A stretch of 63,092 nt of DNA, counting the filler, from Atractiella rhizophila (lineage: Eukaryota): assembly GCA_021432655.1 (NCBI GenBank). It is 13 parts of 12 records of this genome, joined end to end, with 100 filler letters (N's around TTAATTAATTAA, not from the genome) between each part and the next. Parts side by side here need not be neighbours in the genome. Positions count along the whole stretch, not along the records: positions 1 to 5,873 come from MU272347.1; positions 5,974 to 11,826 come from MU272348.1; positions 11,927 to 17,765 come from MU272349.1; 10 more parts are not named here. One strand, given 5' to 3'. The stretch's first letter is position 1; the number at the start of each line of letters is the position of its first letter. Shown piece by piece: positions 1 through 12,434 of this stretch. Position numbers and translations under genes: made by a program. The notes beneath the pieces were generated by a model that saw only the letters and a program-made list of their open reading frames with translations, did no database searches and was not told the origin of the DNA.

Positions 1-360
1 CTGGCCGCTGTCTTTCCAGAGTTTTATACGACAGAGGAAGTAGACGCGTTACACAGCCTGTTGGACGAAGAATGGGCTGCGAAGTGCCGCTTCTTTGGAG
101 AGAGGAATGGGAAGCCATACCGACATCGCTTTAAGTGGCAATGCAGAGCTGGTCAGTTTGAATCGATTCGATGGGCGGGTTCTCCTTTACATGACCGTTT
201 TGGTCTCTCTCCATGGTGGGCTGGTGGTATCATCTTTGGACTATTGAATGAAATGCCTCGAGAGTACATCGAGCACACTGGCGCTTATATGGAGGTTAAA
301 GCGGTGGTCAATAATATGAATGGAGTGGAAACGATCCCGAAGATAACTGGACAGCGATGA
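1..360 (+). CDS. 3' end of a hypothetical protein (5' truncated)
   Basis: Frame open from position 1 to TGA at 360. No family recognised. Confidence 0.3.
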   Translation: MAAVFPEFYTTEEVDALHSLLDEEWAAKCRFFGERNGKPYRHRFKWQCRAGQFESIRWAGSPLHDRFGLSPWWAGGIIFGLLNEMPREYIEHTGAYMEVKAVVNNMNGVETIPKITGQR

Positions 361-1187
361 TGACGTATCTGTTGAAAATGGAAAGACACTGTTTATAAAA
401 CTTTTTCAACTTGGCAAAAAATGTGCGGATTCCGGTCGTTCAACTATTCCGTACCCATTACTCAGCCCACAGGAAGGCAATATTGTCGATTGGTGCCATG
501 GGGACGACAAGGTGAGTTAATTCAGTCAAAACGAAGGGGCGACAATCTGAGGCACTTTGAAGAAAGCAGCGGACTAAATAAGGCCAATGCAAGTTCATGG
601 CAGCTTGCCGACAACCGAGATATGAGAGAATCGCTTCTCATACTCCAAAGGAAAAGCACACCAATGTTCCTCTGCTTCCCCTTGAGACACCCTTCCATGC
701 AATTCCTGCTTCCAATCCGTCCATCGATTATGATATACCGCTGGTCTCCTCAACAGAATGCACTCCTCCCCAGCCTTCCAATCTGACAATATTTCCTGTG
801 AATGTTCTGATGTTCATTGTGTTCAGAGGGTTCGAATTTGAAAATTTTGGCACTTCTTGACTTAACAGTGACTCTGGTTGACTGCTCGTTCCGACAGATA
901 AATTAATGATGGGATTCGGAATGGCTTGCCAACAAACACACTATGGCTGTACTCACGTTCTAATGGGAAGAGGAGTGTGTTCATTTAAACATTGTAAAGA
1001 TGACACATAATGGCTCAAGTCACCTCATTGGAAGTCGCCTCGTCGGAAACTCAAATTGTGTTACTGTAAAGTCATTTAAAAAATCAAAGATCGCCTCCTT
1101 TTCCAGGTCATGAAAGTGGCATCCAACATCCAATTTCAAACAAAGCAGAAAACTATTTAACACACCAATGTCGCTCTGAATTTGTCT

Positions 1188-3826
1188 CTACAGTTTGCTC
1201 TTGACTAACTCCAGTGGCTCATAGTTAGCGTTGTAGAGGTGATCCGGTACGCTATCGACCGATCGAGCTCCAATGTTACGCGTATCGATCATGTCAGGCA
1301 CGAGCTCCTCAATGTTCCTAGCTCCAATGAGCCTCATGCTGTCAAACATCGTTAGATGAATCTTTTGGAGTTGAGGGGCGCACTTCATCTCCATTTCGTC
1401 CTTCAGGATCTGTATAGCCCTTTCCACTCCTTGATGTCCGTATGCACTATATGCATAAAGGAATGGCCTTCCAATGCCAACGGCCTTAGCACCCAAAGCG
1501 ACGGCCTTGAGAATATCACCAGCTCTTCGAACACCGCCATCGACACTGCCCCTTTTCAGATTAAACCACTGATAGGAACGAAAGCAACGCACTAAATCTC
1601 AAAATCTGGTTTGTCTAGTCCTCGACGCTTAAGCTCACGCTTCACTTCAACAAGAATCTCGATTCCGCTCCTTGCGAAATCAAGTTGACGACCTCCGTGG
1701 TTCGAGAGGACGACTCCTTGAAGCCCCATCTCGGCAGCCAGGACTGCGTCCTATTCCAGCACCAGAGTCAGCGAAAGATGAAGTGCGGAAGGAAACTGAA
1801 GATAACGAGCCTCCCAACATTGTACTCCTTTCAGGATGAGCGGCATCTTCGTAATGCTCTTGAACCATTTCATGTCTTTCCAACTGAGCCCTGGGTCGAT
1901 GAATGACGATATCGCCCGCGCGGCGCCTTGGCTTCTATCGACACTCGAATCTCCCTATACCATATCATCGGTTGAGTATACATAATGAGAGAGGTGTAAC
2001 GTGGGAGGAAAGAACAAACCTGCTGGACCTGCGACCCCACATCTTCGAACTTCATCCTCATATCTTTCGCCCTCCTTCCCAGCTGTGGTGCATCAACGGT
2101 GATGAAGAGACCCTTGATGCCTCTCTTCTCCGCGTGCCTGTCATCGACAAGATAAGCTGTGAGTTGAGGGAAAAAGACAAAAATAAGGAGGCTGTGACGC
2201 GAAACTCACCTCACAATCCGTTCCGTCACACTGCGATCCTTATTCACATAAAGCTGGAACCATTGGTTCTGACCCGGCTGAGCAGTGTCCACAATCTCGT
2301 CGAAAGAGCACGAAGCGAGTGTCGGAATCTAATAAATACACCGCGTGACCCAAGTTTCTCCAGAAAAAATGAGAAAGGGGATGGGAGGACAAACCATCTG
2401 AATGACTCCATGCGTATGCGCCGCTCGAGTCAGGTTCTTCTCCCCCTCTGGATGACCTAGCTTTCCGAGAGCGGTGGCAGTTATGTACATGGGCATGGAG
2501 GATTTGCATCCGAGTAACTGGCCGAGAATCAGTAATCGGACGAACGTAAAGCAAAAGGAGGGGAGACAGACTGTGGTGCTGAAATCTACATTCGTTACGT
2601 CCCGTAAGATTCGTGGGCGAAACCAGAGACGTTGGTATGCCGAATGATTCTCTCTCATCGTTATCTACAGCACAGGCAGAGGAGATATAAGCCTCGTAAT
2701 TCATAACTCGAAGAATAAACGGTAAATAAGAATACAATACCTCATCGTCCGAGCCAGAAGAGTAATAAGCCCACGCCGCGGGCGCCATCACCGTCTTCGC
2801 CAGATTCTCAAAGTCGTACAAATTCAAACAAAGCTCCAGAGGTGGGAGGTTCTTCTTCCGCTCCTCCCGCTCCTTCTCATCCGACGAGACTTCCTTTGGA
2901 GTCTTCCGGAGGACTTCGAGGGAGGTTTTCGAGAGCGGACCGAGGTGTTTCTCTTTCGGCAGGAACCTGCGTATTGGGTTTTAGAGGGAGGAAAGGAGGG
3001 ATGGAAGCAGTACTTGTCTAATGTATCTGGAGGATGGATGGGGTCGAAAGGCTCTGTTGCATCCTTCCCAGCATACTTGAGGATGATAGCTTGTCCACCT
3101 GGGTGCTCTGCAACCCAAGTCAAACATCAGTATGAGTCGTGATTAGATGAAAGTAATAAATAAGAGAGAAGAAGGCAAACAAAAAGAACAACGAGATGCT
3201 ACCATGCCTATAGCTCTAAAGTTACTTCTACGCTTGAGCTTGAGTGCGATGTACTGTAATATTTCATGCAGCACATGCCAAGAATTCTATGAGTGCCGAG
3301 TCTGACGGCAAGCAGCGTCATCTGTCCAACGAGGAGGAAGATACACAGAAAGTGTAGCCATACGTTCATTGAGAAATTCTCAGCGTTCCTGCTTACCATT
3401 AAGAATATGTAGAAATTATGGTCGCTCCGTTTCGCAGAAAGACCACGAATGAATGTGCATATTCAGCGCTTTTTGTTCCTGCTCTCATCCAGGGAGGAGA
3501 CTAGACATTAGAAAGTCAAAGGGGCTCTAATACGATACAAATTCAAGGAAATGTAGCAGCTGGGCATGATCAGTTAGTTGTTTACAAGTAATGACGTTGT
3601 GATTTATGCACACAATGTCAGCAAACTCCGAATTTATCGGTAACAAGAGGATAAAGTAAACAGTAAAAACAAAAAGTGTTTGCAGCAAAAAAGAGAACGA
3701 TAACTCACCAGGCAAGAACTCAGTAACATCATAAACCTTTCCATGGAGAACAACCCAACAACTCTCCTTGGACGCGTGCTTCGCGACCTCCTCCAGCTCC
3801 AAGAGTTTTCCAGGGTTATCAGCCAT
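1188..3826 (-). CDS. CYB2: Flavocytochrome b2 / L-lactate dehydrogenase-like (cytochrome b5 domain + FMN alpha-hydroxy acid dehydrogenase), multi-exon, C-terminal SKL
   Basis: b5 motif [97 protein letters not shown]; ends LVKSKL*. Exons are flanked by GT..AG. Confidence 0.93.
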
Positions 3827-4688
3827 GTTTCTATGCGTCAGAGCGATGGACTCTGAAGGGATATGGAAAGGGGAAGCTGGAGATAATATAGCAAGATAGA
3901 CGCGCTGGAAGCAAAAGTTGGGGTCGGGTATTACACATTTGATTCATCGGCATCTTCCTTTCCAGGACTTATCATGATCCCACTCCTGCCGACGGCATCT
4001 CAACTCGATCTTCTCTTCCTCTTCTTATTGTCCCTTTCATCTCCTTCTTCCCCTTCTTCCTTTTCCTCTTCGTCTGCCAGCGATGTCTGCCACACTCACC
4101 TCCCCTGCGTCTCCCACTGAGAGCCCATGTCTCGTTAACTGCGATGTTGTGACAACCACTTCGACAACTGCGCCGGCAGAAGTGACAACTGGATCGGGGA
4201 ATGGATGGCCGGATGGAGCGAATCGACTGGGAGCTGTTACGTGAGTTCATTCTCTCGCTTCTCGCGCCATTATCCGTAGAGGTCAGAGAGGGATTTTCCC
4301 TGCATTGGGTCATTTGGTGCCGCGTCCATTGTTGCGCAAGTTGTTCTTTGAAGACGTCATGTCTGTTGTTCTATTACTGGAGCACGAGGGATAATTGTGA
4401 CATTTCCTGAAGTGCTATCTTCAAGACTACACTCTAGAGACCGGAGTAAGAGGGCTGCGAGAGGGGACGATAAGTGAGCCATTACCGCTGCCGTCTCTCG
4501 GGACAGCCCAGCCTCAGACCGTATTCAATGCAATGCTTAATGAGTGAAGTACGCTCCCGCTTTTATGGCATGGCAAACGAGTGCATATTCATAGCGCCTA
4601 CAGACCGAATATCTTATATAACCGTTATACCCTTGTTGCTTTTGCTTTCCTCTTCCATTCCCACTCCCCCCCGGCTACTGTAGAAGCT

Positions 4689-5873
4689 ATGTCTGGCATT
4701 CCCACTTTCCCTTCCTCGCCAGAAGGCTTTCCTTGCCTCATAAATTGTATTGTCAGCGCTCCAACGTCATCGTCTACGACGGCAGCGGCTCAAGAGACTG
4801 CTGGGAATGGAAACGATGGGAGCCCGAGTGGGCCAGCAGCCGTTACGTATGTGTATTGCTTACCTTTCACGAAGTACATGTAGGGGAGAAGTTCTTCCCT
4901 TGGTGCTTAATGCTAGTGTCACTGTTATGCTTGTCCTTCCAGAGTATTGATCATATTTACCACAATTGTCATTTCTTTTCCTTTTCCTTTTCCTCAACTA
5001 TTGTCATGGAAGGAATGGAGCGAGAGAAAGAGTGGCCCGATCCAAAGTTCCGTCGGCTCTCCAGCTCTTTTTCGGGGAGCCCAGCCTTGGAGTGGTCAGC
5101 GTGTGCTCGCGCGAGGTTTGCCGCCTACAGACTTTGGTCTCTTGTCCTGCCTGTCCAGTCATCCATACCCACCTTCTCAGCTGTTACGTTTGGGTTGGGA
5201 ACGGTATCTTCTCCCCGGCTGTCGGTTTGATGATCGTGCCAAGTGGAAAGAGGAGCAGGCTTAGCATTCCTGCCGGCCTAGGCCGCATGTGACTTTTCTC
5301 CTTTTTTTTGCTGGGCAAGCTCCTTCATACGGCTTTACATCCCTATGTCGGGAACCGACCGACGCCTGGGGAAAGAGAGCCGTAGGGAGATACGGACCTT
5401 CCAGCAAGCAGTGAAACCAGTTCACTGATGTAATGATTTCATTAGTTCATGATTTTGGCGGTTTGCACCTCCCTAGTCTCTCTCATCACCAGCAATAGAT
5501 ACTGACAATATGTTCTTCAACAGGTATTACAGCGCCATAGCGTTCGTATCCATTCCTCCCTTCACCTACCTCCTAACCAACATCTGTGCACAGACTAGCA
5601 ATCGTTCTTCTCATCTGCGTCGCCATCTTTTCCCGCTTCCTCTACACCCGTCGCCTCCGAAAAGCCTACGCACAGCGAGCAGCCCAAAACTCTGTCCTCC
5701 ATGCAAGGGAACTTGAAGACCAACGAAGACGAGGAGAAGCCGATGGGCTCCCCGGCTACTACGAGCCCTCTGGTCCAGCTCCGTTACCTGTTCAACCTAC
5801 GATCGATCAGCTGAGCGGCGGACGGAACGAAGTGTCGTGGCTGCCTGCGTGGATGAGAGGCGTGGGAGGGGGA
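4689..5873 (+). CDS. Small single-pass membrane protein (S/T-rich N-terminus, TM helix, LPxY motif), 3' truncated by linker
   Basis: ATG at 4689; GTATGT donor at 4847; later exon LAIVLLICVAIFSRFLYTRRLRK (TM plus basic stop-transfer) and LPGYYEP. Confidence 0.55.
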
Positions 5874-5973
5874 NNNNNNNNNNNNNNNNNNNNNNNNNNN
5901 NNNNNNNNNNNNNNNNNTTAATTAATTAANNNNNNNNNNNNNNNNNNNNNNNNNNNNNNNNNNNNNNNNNNNN
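5874..5973. other. Artificial scaffold-joining linker (44N-TTAATTAATTAA-44N). Repeated at 11827, 17766, 23658, 29502, 35337, 36678, 42454, 48227, 53993, 59728 and 61377.
   Basis: Identical 100-nt cassettes with stops in all six frames. The intervening segments mostly decrease in length (5853, 5839, 5792, 5744, 5735 ... 5635), as expected for size-sorted scaffolds. Confidence 0.97.
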
Positions 5974-8359
5974 TTCTTCCTCAGTCTGTTCTGCCCAAAG
6001 TTCCTGCCATGCTTGCTGAGTACACATTTCTCCATCATGCTCATTGCTAAAACCAGGATTATCTTCTGGCGGTGATGCAGAAAATACCATCTCATGCATC
6101 AGCTGCTGTAATGAAGGTGGGAGAGGATTTGTCCAAACTCGCCGTGCTTGAAGAGAAGCGTGATGTGATGTTGGTAAGGTAAAATCAATGTCATCTGGTC
6201 CAAGAATAAATGGTGTCTGAGATTGGCATTCAGCATTATTCAGATTTGCTGGCTGTGCAAACAAGCGATTTGGACGATATATTGGCTCAAATTGAAGTCT
6301 TAGAGTTGAAGGAGAAGCGTTTGTGGCAGGCTCAGAAGCATCAGAAGTAGAGATAAGATGAGCATTGTTCCGGTGCTGGTTTGAATTGGCATGCCGTAAG
6401 CAGNNNNNNNNNNNNNNNNNNNNNNNNNNNNNNNNNNNNNNNNNNNNNNNNNNNNNNNNNNNNNNNNNNNNNNNNNNNNNNNNNNNNNNNNNNNNNNNNN
6501 TTTCCTCCCTTACATTTTGCAATGATTGATTGAGGTTTCCTTCTTCAAATCGCAATTAGCATCAGTCTCCTTTTAACTTTCGAGCTATCAGTTTACGAGA
6601 ATCCTGTTATCACACATGCCTGAAGGGCACACAACATTTGTAGCCGAATCAATCAAATGAAGTTACCTCCTCTTTCCAGTATCTTTCTCAAGATTATGTC
6701 CATCCAAGCTTCTATGATACACAGGTCAAATCCATAGGAACAAAGTCTGCATTTGAGCTTCATGCTTTTCACCCTTCACCTTTCCAATTGTGGACGAATG
6801 CTTCGAGTTCTTGACCCAACTTCTGCCATCCACAAATCATAGAGTTCTGTTATCTATCATTTCCGAGGGTCCGGTGCAAGGCGATCCCAGCCTGAATACG
6901 AGAGTGAAATGTAATTGTGATGTTGGGCTGAACCTCCATAGCACTGAAGTACTTCTCAGAGGTAAGCATGGCATGGACAAAGTGTTAAGAACAAGAAAGG
7001 TGAACCAAGATGACAATCGCCATCCAACATCGTCTGTGCTGCGCAAATACTCACCACTTTTGCTGCTGCTCACTTCTCTGCCTCACCAAATCCGGCTAAA
7101 TTCAAGATTGCTACGGACCAGTTGAAACAACTAGGATCATACCGCAAAGAACTTGTTCTCAGCTGGCAAAAAAATGGGTAAGTAGACAGTTCCTGTCACT
7201 TCCATGTCAGGTTTTGGCTGCTGAAAACGTATGTGAACCCTTACTCATTTATCATAATCGTCGTCTCATCTACAATAGTATCATCTTGATATCTCGAATA
7301 TTATACTTTAAGCCACTACTTTATCGAATACCCAAACCGCCTGCAATAATCGTCAACCTTCTTCTCACTTCTTCACCTTAGCTGACAACCCTTCGGATCA
7401 TAGAATCGCTGGGATATGACACAGCTTGCTGTTCACGAACTTACGCCCGTTATTCACGTTATGGGGCATTACCCCAACAGGAGTTGTTTCCCTATTATTA
7501 CTTGGACGAGTTCCTTTGTCTCTACAACATGTTTAAGGAATATCGTCATCCATCTAACGACAAACTTCCATTACCCAGTTGCCTCACATAACGTATTTTT
7601 GACAGAACTCGAAGCTCTTGGCATCCAACTTCAAAACCTCATCTTCTTTAATTTTGAATACATTGGGAGTTTGGCATGGTTTACGATACTCTATGAATTG
7701 CATTGTCTTCATCTTTACCTCTGGGAAGGGGGAGAAGGCATTGCCGTACTGGAACCTCTTCCTCAAGATGTTAATGACGTTTGGGAATTTCAAAGCTATC
7801 TGCTCACTTTCGAGAGCGAATCAGGAGTTGTCCCGATTCCACAGCAAATGAGTCGAGGCTCTTGGTGTATACAACTTACAACGCAGGCTAACAAGCCTTA
7901 CATATCTAGATTACCACCAGAACTGTTGCATTCCGTCTTGTCGATCTGTTTCGAAGGTGAGAAGGGGACCTACCAGAATCGAAGCTTTGCGATGCCTCAT
8001 CTACAGATCAAGGATTCGATCGAAGAGATGCAGCATAGACAAGACCTAACCAACTAGTTTACAGCGAATCAAGCTGGGAACTTACACAAAAACTCGCATC
8101 TCAGAGACAGAAATGATACTTCTCTCAATGCTTGTAAGTTACGACTGACAAGCAAATGTCAGTGATAACGAGAACCTAGCGCCGAATTTGTCAAAGTTCA
8201 CATTGAACTAGAAAGTCAACGGAAGAAAGTGATAATCAAGCCAATGACAGATCCAGCATCGAACAAGCGCAAGCGCGCTCCACCACACAGAAAAAGTGAA
8301 CCAACATGATGAAGATAGAAAAACCTTTCATGATGGGATGCACCGCATCAGGAGCTTCT

Positions 8360-9110
8360 TACCTTAACGAAGCTCTAACATGTGGAACGATTCACGTACG
8401 CCATAGGCCCATCGCAGTATGAAACTGATCAAACTGCGAGGTTGGGATGAACAACAAAGCCAGCCAGTTTGTATCATGCTCGAAGACCGTTCATACCTTG
8501 AAACAACACTCATCCATTGAAAGCGAGACGACGAAATCTCCACCAAGACCATCCAAGCATACTAAACCGCAAGCCGACCTCAAATTCTTGCTGCTGTTGG
8601 AACTAAAGGGTGAAAGGCAACACGGCATGTGCTTACTCAGAGGAACGCGAATTGAGTAGAGCCAATGACATTAAGCTCAAATCCACAACACGCTCAGGCA
8701 GGCAGAATGGTGTCACTGTTCTTGAACATTCATCAACCCTGAAGGTCAGTCTATAGCCGCAACAGGATATTTGATATTACACCATCCTGTCTATTGCAGA
8801 ACCAATGAAAGACACTGTATGGCACAATATACCCAACTGTAGAGAGGAGACGAAGGACAAGAAGCTATAAACCGCCGACCGAAGCACGTCATGAAACAGC
8901 CAGCTTACAAACGAAAACCACCACTTCTTCGGCTGCCAGCAGCATGCCTGCCACATCGAACACACAGGAATGTCAAATTAGATTCATGAAACAAGTCGAC
9001 GGGAGTCGTCCGGAAGCACACACGAAACGGAGTAACTACATCGAACTCGTGGTCCAGGAGGAAATAGATGAACCGACAAAAGAAGCCAAAACCGGGAATC
9101 TCTGATTCAC
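8360..9110 (+). mobile_element. Degenerate Ty1/copia integrase-region relic
   Basis: Frame-broken remnants in the expected order: QNGV (~8703, cf. PQQNGVAER), HFFGC (~8921, cf. LRVFGC), KLDS (~8975, cf. KLDPRS). Confidence 0.4.
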
Positions 9111-9864
9111 ACTCCTAACGAGGAGCTCCCCCGGATCACACACATACCGGCAGATTCCAGCAGTTTGGACTACTAGGGTGCCTTTTCTTGATCGCTGAGA
9201 TCTACGTTTTAAAAAATTACAAGGCCGAGAAGTACAGAAGAAAAGTAACGAACCTTGCAGTTAGGTTTGTCACATAAATTGCAAACATGTTCTCCTAACT
9301 TGTAGTAGTCGCCTTTGTTGCACCCAGATTGGAGCTGATGGAAGAAGGAAATATGTTGTGGGCCCCCTTCAGTACTAATTTTCCTGCATTCATGAGAGTC
9401 CGTGGCAAGGCCTTTCCCCCGTATTTGTGCAATGTTCCACTAGAGCAGCAGACGTTGTAATAATGACTGCTAGGTACATAACGGACACATCTACTGACCG
9501 GCTTTGAGGAGGATCGAAAGGAAGAATCATTTGTGGTACACTTAGTGATCGACTGTCCCGCAGCCTGAAGCAACTTCAACCTTCCTCCCTAACTTCACGA
9601 ATGTGACATCCAGGACACGCCCTGTGCTCATGCCGGAAGTGATGCATGATTCGCTCATTGCTCGTGACCCAAAATGTGATTTAGGATTTCTTGGTGAATG
9701 CGTTGGCAGGCTGCCATCGTATGAAGTATGTCGGCCATCTGTCTACGTCGATTGAATCCAGGCCTATTCCGAAACATTGGAAGATGCTAACCAGTCTTCC
9801 ATTTCCTCGAAAGAACAATCATCCTCTCTGACCCTCTTCCTCGTGAGGGTTTGTGAGGATCAGG

Positions 9865-9900
9865 GAAGGAGTGAGAAGGAGTGAGAAGGAGTGAGAAGGA
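9865..9900. repeat. Tandem repeat (GAAGGAGTGA)x3.6
   Basis: Directly visible. Confidence 0.85.
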
Positions 9901-10605
9901 TTCCGAAAAGCCAACGACTTTTGAGGAGGACCTGGGGCTTGGTAGTGCTCAGATTCCCCCCTTGAATTATGAAAGGACGGCCTCGGAATGGCGCCTGTAG
10001 AACCGATAAAGGTTCTATGAGCCCAATCGTTGGAGGTGGAAAGTTGGAGGTTCGTTATGGTAGTCTTCAGAGCCTAAAGGGCATCGAAGGACGAGATTTT
10101 TCATCAAAGTCTTCCTTGTATTCGCAGAAGGCCATTGCGTCGAACAGTTTGATCCTCCGAAGCCGACCCCTCTATGTTGATGAGACTTCCTTGCTTCCTT
10201 TTCGAAATTGTACATTTACCGCTCTCCCATTAGACAAAGCGGGCTAGAAGAGAATAGGAAGGACGGGGAGAGATCTGACAATTGTCCACGTAGACCATCC
10301 TGAAATCTTGAGGCACGACGGCAGTCGTGGTGGAAGCGGTGCGACGAACTGTTTGGGATGGGCATACAGTGTCGAACGTGACAAATCTGGTTTGAGACGA
10401 AGCGACGTTCTTGATATTCTCGGTACGAAACAAAACAACCAACTTGAGGAGAGTAGCTGTTCAGTCTTAGTACCTCAAAAAAAATCAAAATATTTGAGGT
10501 GTCGAACCTGCTGAATGACACTGGTCTTGAATATTTGAATTACGATTGCCAGTGCTGCGCAAAGTCAGTACCCCAAGTAAACTCTGTTGACCAAAACTTT
10601 GGACC

Positions 10606-11826
10606 ATGTCAGACCACGAATCTCTACTGCAGAAGCCTAGGCCATGCTATGGATCCCTTCTGCGCACGGACTCACCGTCTAGCTCTTTTAAAGATGTCAA
10701 GGGGAAAGGTCGAATGTTGGAGGACGACTTGGAGGGCATGAAAGCCTCTCTCGTCCATCGTATCAAGGCCATCCCGACTGGCGCCAAGCTGCTCCAGAGC
10801 TTTCCTGCACTTCTGCTAATAGTGCCAGTTGACAATGCCGAGCTGTCGAGGGCCTGCCAACGGATCCTCAACAATCGGTTTGGAGAACCGAAGCCCCTAG
10901 AAATGGGGGACTCAAATGATGCCTTGGAAGAAAAGACAGCTCTCGTTTTGGCCGCCTTGCTTTCTCTCGTCAGGGACATCTACGAGACTCCCATTCAGTC
11001 GAAACGCAGCGCAGATGTCGTGCGGTATCTTAGGCGGAAGAAAGACGAAGAGGAATTCGGTGCGTTTCCTTTTCCGCAATTAGACGAGTCTCACAACCAT
11101 TCGCCTTTGTCGGATAGTTGGGAAGCTGCTAGAGTGCGCGAAAGACGTGCTCGACCTCGCCTGCGATCAAGAAGAGGGAGAAGAAGAGCTTGGATTGCTT
11201 ATGAATCCATCAGGTCTGCTTTCTCCGGCTAGCGTGTCATCTGACCGATGTATGCAGTGCTGGATAACCTCATCCTGCTTTCGTCCTCCCGGCTCATTCA
11301 CCCCTCTCTCGTACCGCTGCTCTCCCATCCACTCCTTCTCACACTCTCCCATATCCGCTGGTCCCCTTCGACACTCTATTCACCTAGGCACCTACATCGC
11401 CTGTCCCTCCTATGGAATCTTCTTTTTCTGCTCCTCACGCTCTACCTCGCCATGTTCTCGGAATACAAACATCAACACCATCCTAATCCTTTCGTATGGT
11501 ATTATGAGGAAGAAGAGGAAGGTCACCGTCACGCTGAAACCGCAGGTAGAGCGATTATGTGGTGGGCAGTGTGGGTGCCCAGCGTGCTAGGATACACGAT
11601 TAGCGTCCTCAAAGTACTTTACCGTGGCCCTCTCTCATATCCACACATTCGCCCCCTCCCGCCCGGCTCCCTTCCTCCTCTACTGGGACACTCCATGCTC
11701 TTCCTCTCCCTCATTCTTCGCCTCACTTTCCCCTTGCACCTCTCTTCCTTCCTCGCCTACATATCATACGTCCTTCTCTGCTATTCCCTCCCCCTCCTCT
11801 TCTCCTCAGCCTTTCTCCTCCCCTCC
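10606..11826 (+). CDS. Multi-pass membrane protein, TRP/Yvc1-like cation channel, multi-exon, 3' truncated
   Basis: Spliced reading gives VLDNLILLSS..LLSHPLL..IRWSP..SPRHLHRLSLLWNLLFLLL followed by several TM helices. This resembles the pre-S1 region of fungal TRP channels (FLSHPLVQ..IWSG..VPRY). Confidence 0.45.
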
Positions 11827-11926
11827 NNNNNNNNNNNNNNNNNNNNNNNNNNNNNNNNNNNNNNNNNNNNTTAATTAATTAANNNNNNNNNNNNNNNNNN
11901 NNNNNNNNNNNNNNNNNNNNNNNNNN

Positions 11927-12434
11927 TGGACTTGGCGATGCATTAGAAGATGGTCGAGATGCTGCAGATGTTGGGAAGCGGACCATTCTACCATCGTCAC
12001 ACACAGGAAGTCCCCGCCAGACGAACCAGTAATTCCAAGATGCTATGGCGATTGTTGGGAACCGAGGTTTACCTGCTCTCTTCACAACTTTCACTTGCAA
12101 TCCATGGTGGCCAGAAATCATAGAAGCTCTACTTCCTAGGCAAACAGCTGCCGATCGACCAGACTTAGTCTCTAGAGTTTTCAACACAAAGGTGAAGGCT
12201 TACATGCAGGACATCAAGAATAACTCAATCTTTAGATGGTCGGTCAGCTTCGTCTGGGTGATTGAATTTCAGAAACCTGGTCTCCTCCATGCTCACATGC
12301 TCATCATCCTCAATCCTGAATATACCATCAGGGATGTCGAGGCGATCGCCGCATAGTGTCTGCGAAATTGCCAGACAAGGATACAGAGCCTGAATTGTTT
12401 GAGTCTACAATCATATGCTTCATGGACCCTGTGA
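11927..12434 (+). mobile_element. Helitron Rep (HUH endonuclease) fragment, pseudogenised
   Basis: ILPSSHTGSPR, FQDAMAIV, LFTTFTCNPWWPEI, DRPDLVSRVF, VIEFQKPGLLHAHMLI, MLHGPC. Contains stops and frameshifts. Confidence 0.92.

Noticed and set aside
6500..6800. Possible CxC2/KDZ transposase zinc motif on the minus strand
   Set aside because: Only scattered Cys/His residues across broken frames, too weak to call.
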